DNA of 64,000 nt from Eledone cirrhosa (lineage: Eukaryota), in assembly GCA_964016885.1 (NCBI GenBank), contig OZ024751.1, positions 51,584,001-51,648,000 on the forward strand, in the 5' to 3' direction. The position numbers were made by a program, and so were the translations under genes. The notes under the pieces were generated by a model. It saw only the letters and a list, made by a program, of their open reading frames with translations. It was not told the origin of the DNA and did not search any database. Each line of letters begins with the position of its first letter. The first letter of the stretch is position 1. Positions 42,735 through 55,401 of this stretch are shown piece after piece.

Positions 42735-43065
42735 AAAGAGAGAAAGGGTGTGACAGTGGGTGAGTGAGTGGGGGACTGAGAGAGAGCGTGTAAGGGGGAG
42801 TACGTGACAGAGTGGGTGAGTGACTGAGAGAGAACGTGTAAGAGAGAGTAAGTGACAGAATGAGTGAGTGAGTGAAAGGGTGACTGAGGGAGAGCGTATA
42901 AGGGGGAGTAAGTGACAGAGTGAGTGACTGACAGGGTGACTGAAAGAGAGCGTATAAGGGGGAGTAAGTGACAGGGTGAGTGAGTGACAGGGTGACTGAG
43001 AGAGCGGGAGGGAGAGTAAGTGACAGAGTGAGTGAGTGAGTGAGTGAGTGAGAGAGAGGGAGTGA
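42735..43065. repeat. ~55-60-bp GA/GT-rich tandem repeat
   Basis: Recurrent gagagcgtataagggggagtaagtgacaga(gtga)n. Confidence 0.8.
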
Positions 43066-43243
43066 GACATATAAGACAGTTTCTGAAACAAGGAAAGCGA
43101 GGTAATTAAAATATATATAGTAATGAAGTGAAGTGTTGATGAAAGGTAACTTAATACTGAAGCAGGTGTAACCAGGAAGTTGAACATTTTGTTTGGTTCT
43201 GTTTATATAAACATAGCTTCTGTGTATATGTGCGTGTGTGTAC

Positions 43244-43281
<38 letters not shown>

Positions 43282-43282
43282 G

Positions 43283-43442
43283 TACACAGAGTTCATTCTG
43301 TCATTACCACAGCAGAGGTCCAACGAGCTTTTGATTCCAGAGTCGGGCCAGATCGATACAGATCGAAACTTGAGCTGATCAATAGCGAAACGCGCGTCAT
43401 CACTCAATAAACGTAATGAAGACATAACAAATCGTCCTTTTA
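43283..43442 (+). mobile_element. Penelope-type terminal fragment with hammerhead 3' half
   Basis: gc GAAA cgcgcg TC atcactc AATAAA at 43385-43411, starting directly after a TA run. Confidence 0.6.
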
Positions 43443-43465
43443 TTATCATTATTATCATTATTATT

Positions 43466-43560
43466 TGACTTTGCCTTTCATCCTTACGGGGTCGATAAAA
43501 TAAAGTACCAGTAATGCACTGGGTAATTGCTGGCCTTGTGCCTAAAGTAGAAACAATTAT
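43466..43560 (+). mobile_element. Family-A SINE 3' part (another minus-strand copy at ~43750-43880)
   Basis: Core and terminus identical to 21450-21543. Confidence 0.85.
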
Positions 43561-45219
43561 TATCATTATTATTATTATATATATATATATATTTCTGCCT
43601 GGATTTGCGACCGATAGATAGTAGTAGCAAGTGAAAAAACCAATGGAAACATTGTTTCCTCGGTTCGATTTGAAAGCTCCTCCCCATTCGTTAAGCGAAT
43701 TAGATCTGGGTTCATGTCGATCGACCTTTAATAAAATAATAAATATGTGTGTGTACTGGAGTGTTACTTTATTTATCGACCTCGAAAGGATGAAAAACAT
43801 ATCTCATCGTGGCGGCATTTGAGCTTAGAGTGCAGACGCCGGAATGAATTCCGAGGCATATTTCGTCTGACGCCTCTAACTACTCTCTTTTCTGGTTGTT
43901 GGACTGAACATTAAAAAAATGATTAGAGCCAAAGAGGAAGCCCGAACAAAATCACTAGATCTGCTAGAAATAGTTTCTAATACTCCCTCAAACCATCGAC
44001 AGTCGATCGACTTTCGTCAAATCGGACCAAGGAAACAATATTGCCGTTGGTCTTTCCAGCAACTCCAGGTAGAAGGAGCAACGTTCAATAAAGTGTCTTG
44101 CTCAAGGATATAATGCATCGCCCAGTCCAGGAATCGAACTCACAACCTCACAATTGCGAATCCAATTCTCTAACCACTTAGCCACGCGCCTTCACCCTCA
44201 AGTCATATTGTACCATAATTTTAGATAATAAAAAAAATACAATGAGAAATATAGGCCGAGTTACGCTGAAAAGTAATGAGGGGAGGGTCGTAACTGGAAC
44301 GTCTTTGATTCGATCATAGGTTTTCTTTATCACTACAAACCTAACCTTGGGATAAACAAGACCAACAACAATAATTATGATGACAATGGAAACACCGATT
44401 ATTAATCAATGCAAATAGCATCAATAACTCGTGAAGGCTATATGTAGTTTTATATATTAACTTCAGTTAAGATTGTCAGTCTTACCTAATCAGCACTCAA
44501 CATAATGCCTCCTGGGCCTGGCGCTTGAACACACATCTGTCACGTAATTAGTTCCAAAACCTGAGTGTGTTTATTCCCATCGTAATGCACAGCAACGAAG
44601 TAATTCTGTGACTACTTACTATGGTATGGGTTCAGAAGAACAATATCCAGTGGGATCTTACTTTTGTTCATAGCCGTTGTATAAGATTATAGCACGGAAG
44701 GAGTTGTATATTAGGCGGATATAAATTTCCTACATACAAGCACCGTTTTATTGACTCGGACTGACCCTATATGTCAAAGCAGAATATATTGAACAGATTT
44801 CAGAAAGTAAGGGGAAATGGGTAAACTTGTTATAACAAAAGATTTACTGGTTGCATCAATAGCTTTTGGCATCTACGACATGAAATTAAAGAGTTAGATC
44901 TATATGAATGTCTGCTTACATATGTATGGGTGTCTATGTGTGTGTGTGTGTCTACGTGTCTCAATGTGTATAAGTAGATGCAGGCATATGTATGTTTGCT
45001 TGTGTCTACTGGAGTTTCAAATAGCATTGTAAATGTACATATCCGTATTTGCATATATATTAATATAAATATATAATTTTACTTATATATAATATTCAAA
45101 CAAGCTGAATCAAAATAAAAAATACAGTACAAGGCATTTGTATATATATATCAATATATATATATATATATATATATATATTGATATATATATACATTTA
45201 TAGATATATATATATATAC

Positions 45220-45269
<50 letters not shown>

Positions 45270-45272
<3 letters not shown>

Positions 45273-45592
45273 AATGAAGTAATTCTGTCGGAAAAGTCCA
45301 GGAAAAAAGAGTGCTCTATGTAGGTAACAGAGCTTAATAGTTATGTAATAAACAACATAAGGCAATTATTCCATTTACCAGTGGTTTCTTAAAAGCCAAA
45401 AATATTGCTTTCAATTCTCAGAATGAAAAAATCCTGGTCTGTTTATTGAATTTGGATTTTTAAAATTTGGTTTTTAAAATCCAAATTCAATAAACAGACC
45501 AGGATTTTTTCATTCTGAGGATTGAAAGCAAAATTTTTTGCTTTTAAGAAACCACTGGTAAATGGAATAATTGCCTTATGTTGTTTATTACA

Positions 45593-45599
<7 letters not shown>
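45270..45599. mobile_element. Fold-back mini-element: ~128-bp arms (45337-45466 / 45474-45599) plus tail 45270-45336
   Basis: Near-perfect inverted repeat. Arm carries GAAA gcaaaattttttgc TT (hammerhead 3' half). Tail carries gctctg...catagagcactc on the minus strand. Confidence 0.88.
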
Positions 45600-45874
<275 letters not shown>

Positions 45875-46876
45875 TTATATATATATATATACATTTATAT
45901 ATATATATATATGATAAAGAACACAAGAGCGTCTACAACATCAAAAGATTTTTATTGGCTTACAATGTTCTTCCTTGCGTAACCGTAGGATTCGTCAGAG
46001 CTATAAAAGGGGTTTGATTGGTGTTATGGACTCTACCAACCAAACATTCAAGAACAAAGAGTAAAGAGAGTGAAGAGCAAAAGTAGGGGACGATAAGTCT
46101 AATTTTGGTGCGGGAGGGTGGGGTGTGGGTCCTTGTTTACTAGCTGCGGTCATATTCATTCCCGGGAGTCGAGTGGTTAGCTGAACCATAGATGGGGTGG
46201 CGTCGATAGTAGGGTGCAGAGGGTGTGCAGAGGCTACACAAACACAAAGGGCATACAATATATATATAACGGAGGAGAAAGTACATGAGGTAATTGAACC
46301 AAGTGATTGATTTGTGCGACCAAAATAACACCACACACATATTGAACTAGGAATATTGGATCCTCCGTCAATGTCTGGGTGAGCAAAAATAGATTTCTAT
46401 CTGCATTGGAATTTACGAACTTGTGCATCTGCTGTGGTGTCAAAAACAAACGCACATGACCGCACAGATAAACAATGGACTATGCCACGTGACTTGAACC
46501 TGTAAGTGAATTGAAGGTTCTGTAACTCTGATATACAGATTATTTATTATTAAGATGTATAAACTTGACATAACTATTATCATCTTATATTCTCTCAACT
46601 AATCACATTTGATCATATTTCTCTATCCCGTTTTCTCCCCCCATAATTATAATATTTTTATTTGAAAAAATCGGTTTTTTTACAGTGTTTTCCCCTTCAA
46701 ATACTTGCTTATATTCCTTATATATTCTCTATATATGTTATTATATATATATTTTTTTATCTTTATTCTTATTTTCACTTTTATCCTCCTTTATATTTTA
46801 CCTTATTCTTACTTTTATACCTTATTATAGTGTAATCTTCCCCATGCCTTATACATTATTAATTATAGATTATTAT

Positions 46877-47070
46877 AGAGGGCGGTGGATTGGCAGTATC
46901 GGTAGAGGGTCGGACGCCATGCTTTGACGCATAGAGTTACGTCCCTTGCCATTTTGAGTTCAAAGCCCGCCAAGGTTAACTTTGCCTTTCATCCTCATGG
47001 GGTCGATGAAATAAAGTACCAGTAATGCACTGGGTAATTGCTGGCCTTGTGCCAAAAGTAGAAACAATTA
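46877..47070 (+). mobile_element. Full-length family-A tRNA-derived SINE with 18-bp TSD
   Basis: A box tggcagtatcgg, B box gagttcaaagcc, central gcctttcatcct..ggggtcgat.aaataaagtaccag domain (resembles the Meta-SINE domain from memory). TSD ttaattatagattattat at 46859-46876 and 47068-47085. Confidence 0.9.
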
Positions 47071-47404
47071 ATTATAGATTATTATTATTACTCTTTTTCC
47101 ATTTCTAATTACCTCCTGTACTTTCTCCTCCGTTATATATATATATATATATATATTGTATGCCCTTTGTGTTTGTGTAGCCTCTGCACACCCTCTGCAC
47201 CCTACTATCGACGCCACCCCATCTGTGGTTCAGCTAACCACTCGACTCCCGGGAATGAATATGACCGCAGCTAGTAAACAAGGACCCACACCCCACCCTC
47301 CCGCACCAAAATTAGACTTATCGTCCCCTACTTTTGCTCTTCACTCTCTTTACTCTTTGTTCTTGAATGTTTGGTTGGTAGAGTCCATAACACCAATCAA
47401 ACCC

Positions 47405-47466
47405 CTTTTATAGCTCTGACGAATCCTACGGTTACGTAAGGAAGAAACATTGTAAGCCAATAAAAA
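47405..47466 (+). ncRNA. Type I hammerhead ribozyme motif (inverse copy at ~45950-46010 has GAAA>GAA)
   Basis: ttttatagct CTGACGA atcctacggttacgtaaggaa GAAA cattg TA agccaataaaa. Confidence 0.8.
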
Positions 47467-47599
47467 TCTTTTGATGTTGTAGACGCTCTTGTGTTCTTTA
47501 TCATATATACGGCTCTGCTCCAAAGCATAGAGCTAATTATTATGCTGCCAATACCTTAATGGGACACGGGTATACGATACCTAACTCCTATTAACCTAA

Positions 47600-47684
<85 letters not shown>

Positions 47685-47688
<4 letters not shown>

Positions 47689-47905
47689 AACGAGTAGGAC
47701 CCCGACGGCTGAGCTCAAGCCGTTTCGACGGCTAATTCTGGACTAAAAAAAATTAAAAAAAATAAAAATTTCAGAATTAGCCGTCGAAACGGCTTGAGCT
47801 CAGCCGTCGGGGTCCTACTCGTTCCTATTACCTACTCTACTACCCTAAGTATTGAGTACTTTGGTGCGTTATGGTCCACTTGGTTCCTTACCATATTTCC
47901 TTCGT
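47685..47905. mobile_element. Fold-back family 'GACCCCGACGGCTGAGCTC', copy 3 (perfect 56-bp arms 47685-47740 / 47772-47827 plus 78-bp tail)
   Basis: Exact inverted arms. Right arm reads gtc GAAA cggcttgagctcagccg TC ggggtcc. Confidence 0.9.
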
Positions 47906-48498
47906 TATATATATATATATATATATATATCACGATACATAATATATATCATATCTAAACAAGCTGAATCAATATAAAAAATTCAGTACAAGGCACTTAT
48001 AAATTTATATATTTTCTTATACAGACAAACATGAATGCATACGCATACACACATATATATATGTGTGTATGTGTGTGTGTGTGTATAGTAATGCGTTTGT
48101 AAGTGGGGTTATGTACAGAGGAAAATACGAAGAGGAAAATAAAAATCAAACTCAATATCTTAGGTGGAGTAAGTATTGTGTAGAAGTGTAGTTCCAACTA
48201 ACATCATTCTGTTGTAGAGTGATGTGATTTTCTTTACACATTTATCAGACACGCCTCACCCTGGCTTCAATAGTAACTGTGATGTTTCTGTTGTTGTGTT
48301 TGCCTTTGTCTAAATGTTTCCTGGAGGAGGATGCGTATGTTCACATGTCAGTGTCATGAATGTGGCAGTTCGGCAGCATGTATTGGCTATCATTATCCCC
48401 GAACCGCATTTTTGATAGGTGATCTCACAGTGAAGTGCCAGAAGAGCTAATTGAATAATTTATAAATATATGTATATAAATATTATATATATATATAT

Positions 48499-48893
<395 letters not shown>

Positions 48894-48975
48894 GAAATAA
48901 TGAAATCTAAGGATATCCTATTAAATAAGTGACAGGAATTAATAATATCGTGTAAGCATAAACTGAGAAAAACCT

Positions 48976-49200
48976 TTAAATATTATAAACCTAATTAATA
49001 TACACTTTAGAAATTAATTTAGAAATTATTTTTAATTTAGTTAACCTATAATTAATATTCTACTACTGATGAACTACATAATTCTGCTTTAAAAATTATA
49101 AACCTAATTAATATACACTTTAGAAATTAATATATAAACTATTTTTAATTTAGTTAACCTATAATTAATATTCTACTACTGATGAACTACATAATTTTGC
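48976..49200 (+). repeat. 113-bp AT-rich tandem duplication containing CTGATGA and GAAAttaaT motifs
   Basis: ctgatga at 49066 and 49179. gaaattaat at ~49010 and ~49123. Confidence 0.8.
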
Positions 49201-49618
49201 TTTCCTTCTTACAAATATCATTTCCTAAAACTGATACCATTAAGTAAACATATATATGCTTTAACTTCAGGTTATAACCCTATGTTCCTTGAAAACTATA
49301 TATATTTACTATTTCTCACTAATAAATTTAATCCCCCCCCCCCAATAATTATATGTATATATAAGTGTATATGTGTGTGTATATATGTGTGTATGTATGT
49401 ATATGTGCATGTATATATCTATGTATATATATATATATATATATATTCTACGGCTTCGATATAAATACCCCCTCCGCCTCCATGGTATTTTCTTCGGGGT
49501 TATAAGAGGCTTAGCTCTGTTTCTCGACCGTTATATCGCGTGACTATCTCCCCCTCCGCCTTTTGGGATTCTTTCTCACGTCGTGTAGACGCGTTCTTGA
49601 AGCTAGTAAAATGAGGTA

Positions 49619-49708
49619 TCCTCTTGATAAGTCGGCAGACCTCGCAAGGACTCTATATCTTTATGATGTATTGTTTTTGTTTATGCCACGAAACTACGTA
49701 GTTGAGGA
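49619..49708 (+). ncRNA. Hammerhead-like motif with variant core (UUGAUAA)
   Basis: tcctc TTGATAA gtcggca...tgccac GAAA ctacgtag TT gagga. Perfect 5-bp stem I, closing stem II, palindromic stem III. Lies in a TA-bounded island (49447-49778). Confidence 0.65.
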
Positions 49709-50664
49709 ATCTAGGAGCAGTTTAGGTATGATACATTTTATTACTAATTATATCTAAATGTTTCTTCTCTCTTCATAATGTATATATATATATATATATG
49801 TGTGTGTGTATATATGTATATATATATATATGTGTGTATATATATGTATATATATATATATATATGTGTGTGTATGTGTGTGTGTGTATGTGTATATATA
49901 TATGTATATATATATATATATGTAAGTGTATATATATATATATATATGTGTGTATATGTGTGTATGTGTATATATATGTATATATATGTATATATATATA
50001 TGTATAAGTATATATATATATATATATTATTTTTATATTCTTTTAATTTCCCCTCATCTTTAACAGCACTTTTCAACTGCATCTAACTCTTATTTATCAT
50101 ATCTATATGTATTAGTATAATTTTATCAATATAAATATACCCATCAATTAAATTAATTTATATTCTTTTCATAGATGTATTTTTTTCCCTAACATTCTTA
50201 TCTTAAAACTTTAGTCACCTTAGATATTTGTATTGGCATTACTATTTTATAACAGCAACTGCTTGTATACCTTTTACTGACCACCTGACCTATTTTCACC
50301 CCTAAAATAAGCTTCAATTACTACTATTTTACCATTTGGCCAATTATTAACTTTCTATTGGTTAATTCTAAACCTCTTACCAAACAGACAGAATATATTA
50401 GATCTTTGTTGGTTTTATTCAATGAACAAATAAAATTATTTCTGAGGTCAGCATAAGACCTATTTCTTCCCTAAAATAATCCTTCATTCATAATATTCTT
50501 TTCCATCCAAAACTGAAATCTACCTTCCTCTACCCATAATTTAAGGTTCTTCTACTACTATATTACTATCCTGACCCTCACTATCTCTCTATTGGTCAAT
50601 TCAAAACCTGTTCCCAAACAGACCTATTGTATTGAATCTTTGTTTTTTTTTCAATAAACAAATA

Positions 50665-50806
50665 TCATTATTTCTGAAGACAGCATATATATGTGTAGGT
50701 ATGTATATTCCCTCTGATAGTTTGTATAAATATTGTACATAGATCTATAGAATATGCATACCAACTCTAACACATATATATCCTAGAAACGATCGTAAAA
50801 TGATGA
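50665..50806 (+). ncRNA. Type I hammerhead ribozyme motif with ~105-nt stem II extension
   Basis: tcattattt CTGAAGA cagcatatatatgtgt...acacatatatatccta GAAA cgatcg TA aaatgatga. 9-bp stem I, palindromic stem III. Preceded by a diverged partial direct repeat (50355-50455 vs 50588-50687). Confidence 0.78.
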
Positions 50807-50852
50807 ATTTTTTTAATATAAGGAACTGTTTCTTTGTTTATTCATTATTTTA

Positions 50853-50932
<80 letters not shown>

Positions 50933-50968
50933 TATATATATATATATATACAGATAGATATATATATA

Positions 50969-51008
<40 letters not shown>

Positions 51009-51011
51009 ATA

Positions 51012-51140
51012 ATTGTTTTACTTTTGGCACAAGGCCAGCAATTAAATCAGTGTATTACTGGTACTTTATTTTATTGACCTCATAAGGATGAAAGGCAAAG
51101 TTAACCTCGGCGGGATTTGAACTCAGATCATAAAGGGCAG
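51012..51140 (-). mobile_element. Family-A SINE with (ATA)n tail
   Basis: Core and B box on the minus strand, adjoining (TAT)n at 50970-51010. Confidence 0.82.
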
Positions 51141-51144
51141 AACC

Positions 51145-51671
51145 ATAAAAGCAAATTTATCTGACATCATTGTAAAAGATCAACATAACAAAGTCTGTTT
51201 ATTGGTAGATATGAGTATCCCATATGATCACAATATCGCGGCAAAAGAATTTGACAAGCTACGAAAATATAAAGATCTGTTTATTGAAATTGAGAAAATG
51301 TGGCACCTCCAGGCCGTTACAATACCACTGATTGTGGGAGAACTGAGAATGATCAAGAAAGGAACAGGACAATATTTGCGAATGATTCCTGGTTTACCCT
51401 CTCTGCGCGAGGTGCAAAAAATTGTTTTGACTGGTACTGCACACGTATTGAGAAGAACACTATCTCTATAAGATTCCTCCTTGTATTTACATATGCATAT
51501 GCACATGTGTATATATGTATACTGATTTTTTTTTTTGGGGGGGGGGGGGTTAAATTATAATCAATGTGCTGTATTAACTGGCTTACTAATGCACACTGTG
51601 AATTTATTTGCCCTAGGTGTCAGGAAGACACTCGGCATATATCTCAGAAACAATAATGAAAGAAAATAAAA

Positions 51672-51676
<5 letters not shown>
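51145..51676 (+). mobile_element. Dong/R4-type LINE 3' fragment (restriction-like endonuclease C-terminus plus 3' UTR)
   Basis: ..DIIVKD.....LLVDMSIPYD.NI..KE.DKL.KYKDL.IEIEKMW......IP...G.L.....LTGTAHVLRRTL, homologous to 62300-63045. Followed by (AAT)n. Confidence 0.85.
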
Positions 51677-51708
<32 letters not shown>

Positions 51709-51956
51709 TTTCTTTATTAACCACAAAGGTTTACATAAAGTAGACATTAAGGACAGTGCAGGACAATACAGGACGGTACAAATGGGCATTTCTGCGTGTA
51801 AAAAACAAAAACAGAGGATGTAACAAAAAAATAACAATGAAAAATTCCCCAATAGGGGGAGACTTCGGATGGACATTTGTGGAGAAAGCCCAGTAAAAGG
51901 CCACAGTGACCCTGACCACCAAGGCAAGTGCCCTCTCCCAGTTTTCCACCTTTAAT

Positions 51957-54900
51957 TTACAGATATATACTCAGAGTAGGCCCATTCACTCGGGCCATTC
52001 TTGCTACTCTCACCCTTCTTTCAACAAAATGCTGGGAAGAGAGCACTTCCCTCTCTACTCTGATTTTCCTTTTCAAATGAAATTTGAAAAAGTCAATCAG
52101 AGCATCACCGAAGAGGTAAGTGCTCGTCTTCAGCCCTTTCAAACGTGTCCACCATACTATCTCTTTCGCCATGGCCACCAGACAGATAAAAACTGCCTGC
52201 CCTTCCCGGTTAAAGGAGGAGGGCGGGGCAATCCTCACGATGGACTCAGATGATAGCCGGATCCGTCCTACACGCGACAGCAGGTGTTCGACATAAACCC
52301 ACAAGTCAGCAATTTTCGGACACTGGACGAGTGCGTGCAGGACGGTTTCGTCGCCTGCGCGCATCTCGGACATGCCCGGCTTACGGCACCTCCATGCCTG
52401 TAGAGTTTATCCTGAACTGGCAAGGCTCCTCGGTAGCACTGCCAGGCCAGAGATTTCTGGAAGTTGTCCATAGGCCCTGGCCCGAAAGTTCTTCCGAAGA
52501 GATTGGCTAGTTGATTTTCGTCAACGTCTAGAGTGTCCCCAAGTACGTCGTCGCTCTTCCCCTCCACTAATCCTCTATAGAACGCCGAGGTGGAGTTTCC
52601 ACCGATCACATTGCCCGATTGGTCGAGGGCTGTGAGCGCCTGAAGACATTCCAGTCTCCAGGCGCTCCCTCTCGGTCTTCGCTTGACCCAGGACTGCAGC
52701 TCCGTCAAGGAAACGAGCTGGGGAAATACGTGTCTAGCAAACGGCGACCACACCTGATCACCGTCGAGGAAGAGGTGGAGATGTCGTAGCCTGAGCGCGT
52801 GCCTGCGCATCATCAGCCACGGCATGCCCAGCCCTCCACGTAGCAGGTGTTGACAACAGATGGACCGCCTGACCATCGGAGCGCGTCCCTTCCACAAAAA
52901 GCGAAAGAGCAAACGCTCCAGCGCAGTCAGGCGAGGCTTAGGACAAGGTACGACGGTCAGGCGGTAGCAGATGACAGACGCGATGTACGCGTTAGCCACC
53001 TCCGCTCGACCTTTCAGGGATAGCTTCCTCTCCGCCCATTTCTGGGTGAGAGAAGCCACCCTGCTCGTCACCTCGTCCCAGTTTTTGTCCGTCTGGAGGT
53101 CCGGACCGAACCAGACCCCTAGCAATTTAACCGGTCCGTCCGTCCAGCGTCCGACGACGCTGTTGGACGGCATGGACCTGCCTCTCCAGGTGCCGAGCTG
53201 CAGGCCCACTGACTTTTCCTGGTTATCATTGCTCCTGTCACCGCTTCGTATTCTCTTAGTGTAGTGCCGATCGCCTCGATGTGTTTGGCGTTCGACACCA
53301 CTACGGTGACATCATCCGCATATGCTGACACGGATCTTCCGCATCCTAGTTCGCGCGGGATGCCCTTCAACGTCTCTAGTTTGTGCAGTAATGGCTCGAG
53401 AGTCAATACGTACAAGAGGGACGAGAGGGGACATCCTTGGCGGACCGAGCGTATGATGTTGAACGGTTCCGACAGGTGACCGTTCACTCTCACCACAGAG
53501 CAGATGTCGCTGTGCATGGCAGCGATCCAGCCTCTGAAGACGGGCCCAAAGCCAGCCGCCCTCAGGACTGCCGCTAAGAAACGATGGTCGACCCTATCGA
53601 AAGCTTTCGACTGATCTAAATTGATCAAGGACCCACCCGTGCCAGGTTCCCTAGCTACCCTCTCTACGATGTATCGCATGAGGTGGAGGTTGTCGTGGAT
53701 GGATCTGTCGGGAATGGCGCATGTCTGCGCCTCTCCCACCAGACCACCAACGACAAGCGCCAACCTCTTTGCTAGCACCTTGGCCAAAATCTTGAACTCT
53801 GTGTTTAGCAGAGTTATGGGTCGGAAATTATCTATGTTATCCCCCTTGTTCGGATCCTTTCTCAGCAGTGCCACCGCTCCTCGGCTCACAGAACTGGGAA
53901 TTCTCCCGTTCTGTTGCCAGTTGCAGTAGACGTCCGCCAAGAGGCCTCCGAATAAGTCTGGCATCTGTACGTAAAGTTCATAGGGCAGACCATCCAAACC
54001 AGGCGATTTACCCCTTGTGCAGCCAGTCATTGCCTCCCTTACTTCAGCGGCTGTTATCGGCTTTTCGCAACACTTCGCCTCAGTGGCTGCGGCAGTCCGT
54101 CGAGGTAGACACTAAAGTCCATCCCTCGACCCGGCCCACCGCTGCCCCCGAACAGCTGAGCGAAGTGTCGCTGAAAAGCTTCACACATTTGCTCGGGATC
54201 GAGTAGCATGCGCCCGTCGTGGTCCACCAAAGACCGGATCGTGGCTTTGTTGCCACGACGCGCCTCCGCCACTCGGGCCCATTGAACGGCTTTCGTCCCC
54301 TCGTGTCTGAGAGCACGCACCCTTGCTCTGACAACGCAGCCTTCGTGCTTTGCATTGAAGAATTGGTCAAGGGCCAATTTCGCCGCAAGCACGTCGGTCG
54401 CAATGCCTTTGCTAAGCGCCTCGTCTAATTTTCTAACTAGTTCTCCCTCTGCTCTATTTTTCTCTATTGCTAAAGCCTTACTAAACCTAATGGATTCTAT
54501 TCTAATCGCTCTTTTCAGAGCAAACCACCACTTGTTGTTGACGATGGCCCCCGTCAACGCCCGCTTAACTAGTTCGCTAATCCGGTCTCTGTAGGCCTTG
54601 CGCGCTGGTAAGGACGCGTTTAGCTTCCAGTAGCCGGGTCCTCGTCTATGAAGCCTATCTAAGTCAAGCACACAGATCACGAATTTGTGGTCCGTGTAGC
54701 TGACTATCTTGAATTGTGGACAGCCTATGCTAGACCTATCTATTTCCCTACAAAATACTCTATCTAGATATGATCTGGATGACCCTATGCGATTTGTCCA
54801 AGTCCACATTGGCACATTCGGGAAATCCAATCGGTACCTGTCAGACAGTTCAAAACGCCTGAGCAGGTTGGTGAGGCTCTTGCACCCTCCACCCCTATCC

Positions 54901-55366
54901 GCTAATCCCACACAGTCCCAGCGTGCATCTAAGATCCCGTTCCAGTCGCCCACTAACACTAAAGAGCGGGACGTTCCAAGAAAGGTCTCCAGACGCCGGA
55001 AGAAATCAGGCCGCCCTGCTCCTGTCGGGGCATAGACGGCCACTAGCCTGAAAGCTTGCCCGTCTCCGCTGGTCACGTCCAGCACCACCAACTTACCCTC
55101 TGGTTCCAGGAAGATGGCCCGTATGGCGAGATCCAAACCTCTCCGAAAAAGCACAGCAACTCCTCCCCCGATCCAGGACGGCTGGGAGATGCGTACACAT
55201 CGTAGCCGCAGAAGATCGGTGCGAAGGCCCGTGCTTCGGAGATTCCGGTCTCGCTGATGGCCACTACATCTATGTTTAGTGACCTGAGGTCGTTGAGCAG
55301 GTGACCCTGCTTCCATGACGACCCCAAGCCACGCGCATTTATGCTGCCTATTCTGAGTGAGGTCAT
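51957..55366 (-). pseudogene. Tx1/L1 ORF2: APE endonuclease, reverse transcriptase, C-terminal zinc finger (about 4 frameshifts)
   Basis: SINARGL, AISET, VYAP, GDWN, TWT...SRSYLDR, TDH, GYWKLN. RT motifs KSPGLDG, NFRPITLLN, LDQSKAFDRVDH, VRQGCPLS, YADD. C-terminal CPRC...ETVLHALVQC. Confidence 0.92.
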
Positions 55367-55401
55367 GTTTAAAATAGAGTGGAAAAGATGGGAAAGACCA
55401 C

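Larger units (their letters stand above)
45911..47602. mobile_element. Large non-coding fold-back element: ~390-bp inverted arms (45911-46295 / 47107-47504), ~810-bp spacer, tail 47510-47602
   Basis: ORFs 46001..46336(-) and 47156..47413(+) are near-identical, confirming the inversion. Each arm ends in a hammerhead motif plus AATAAA. Bounded by TA runs. Confidence 0.9.

Noticed and set aside
42601-43800. 399-aa minus-strand ORF
   Set aside because: A chance read-through of SINE, microsatellite and tandem repeat sequence.
46877-46975. tRNA gene
   Set aside because: A and B boxes are present but belong to a SINE head. There is no cloverleaf, and it is followed by the SINE core and a TSD.
46001-47413. 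Duplicated small protein gene (ALCVCVASAHPLHP...)
   Set aside because: Both ORFs begin in or span microsatellite and have no recognisable domain. Their identity reflects the inverted repeat.
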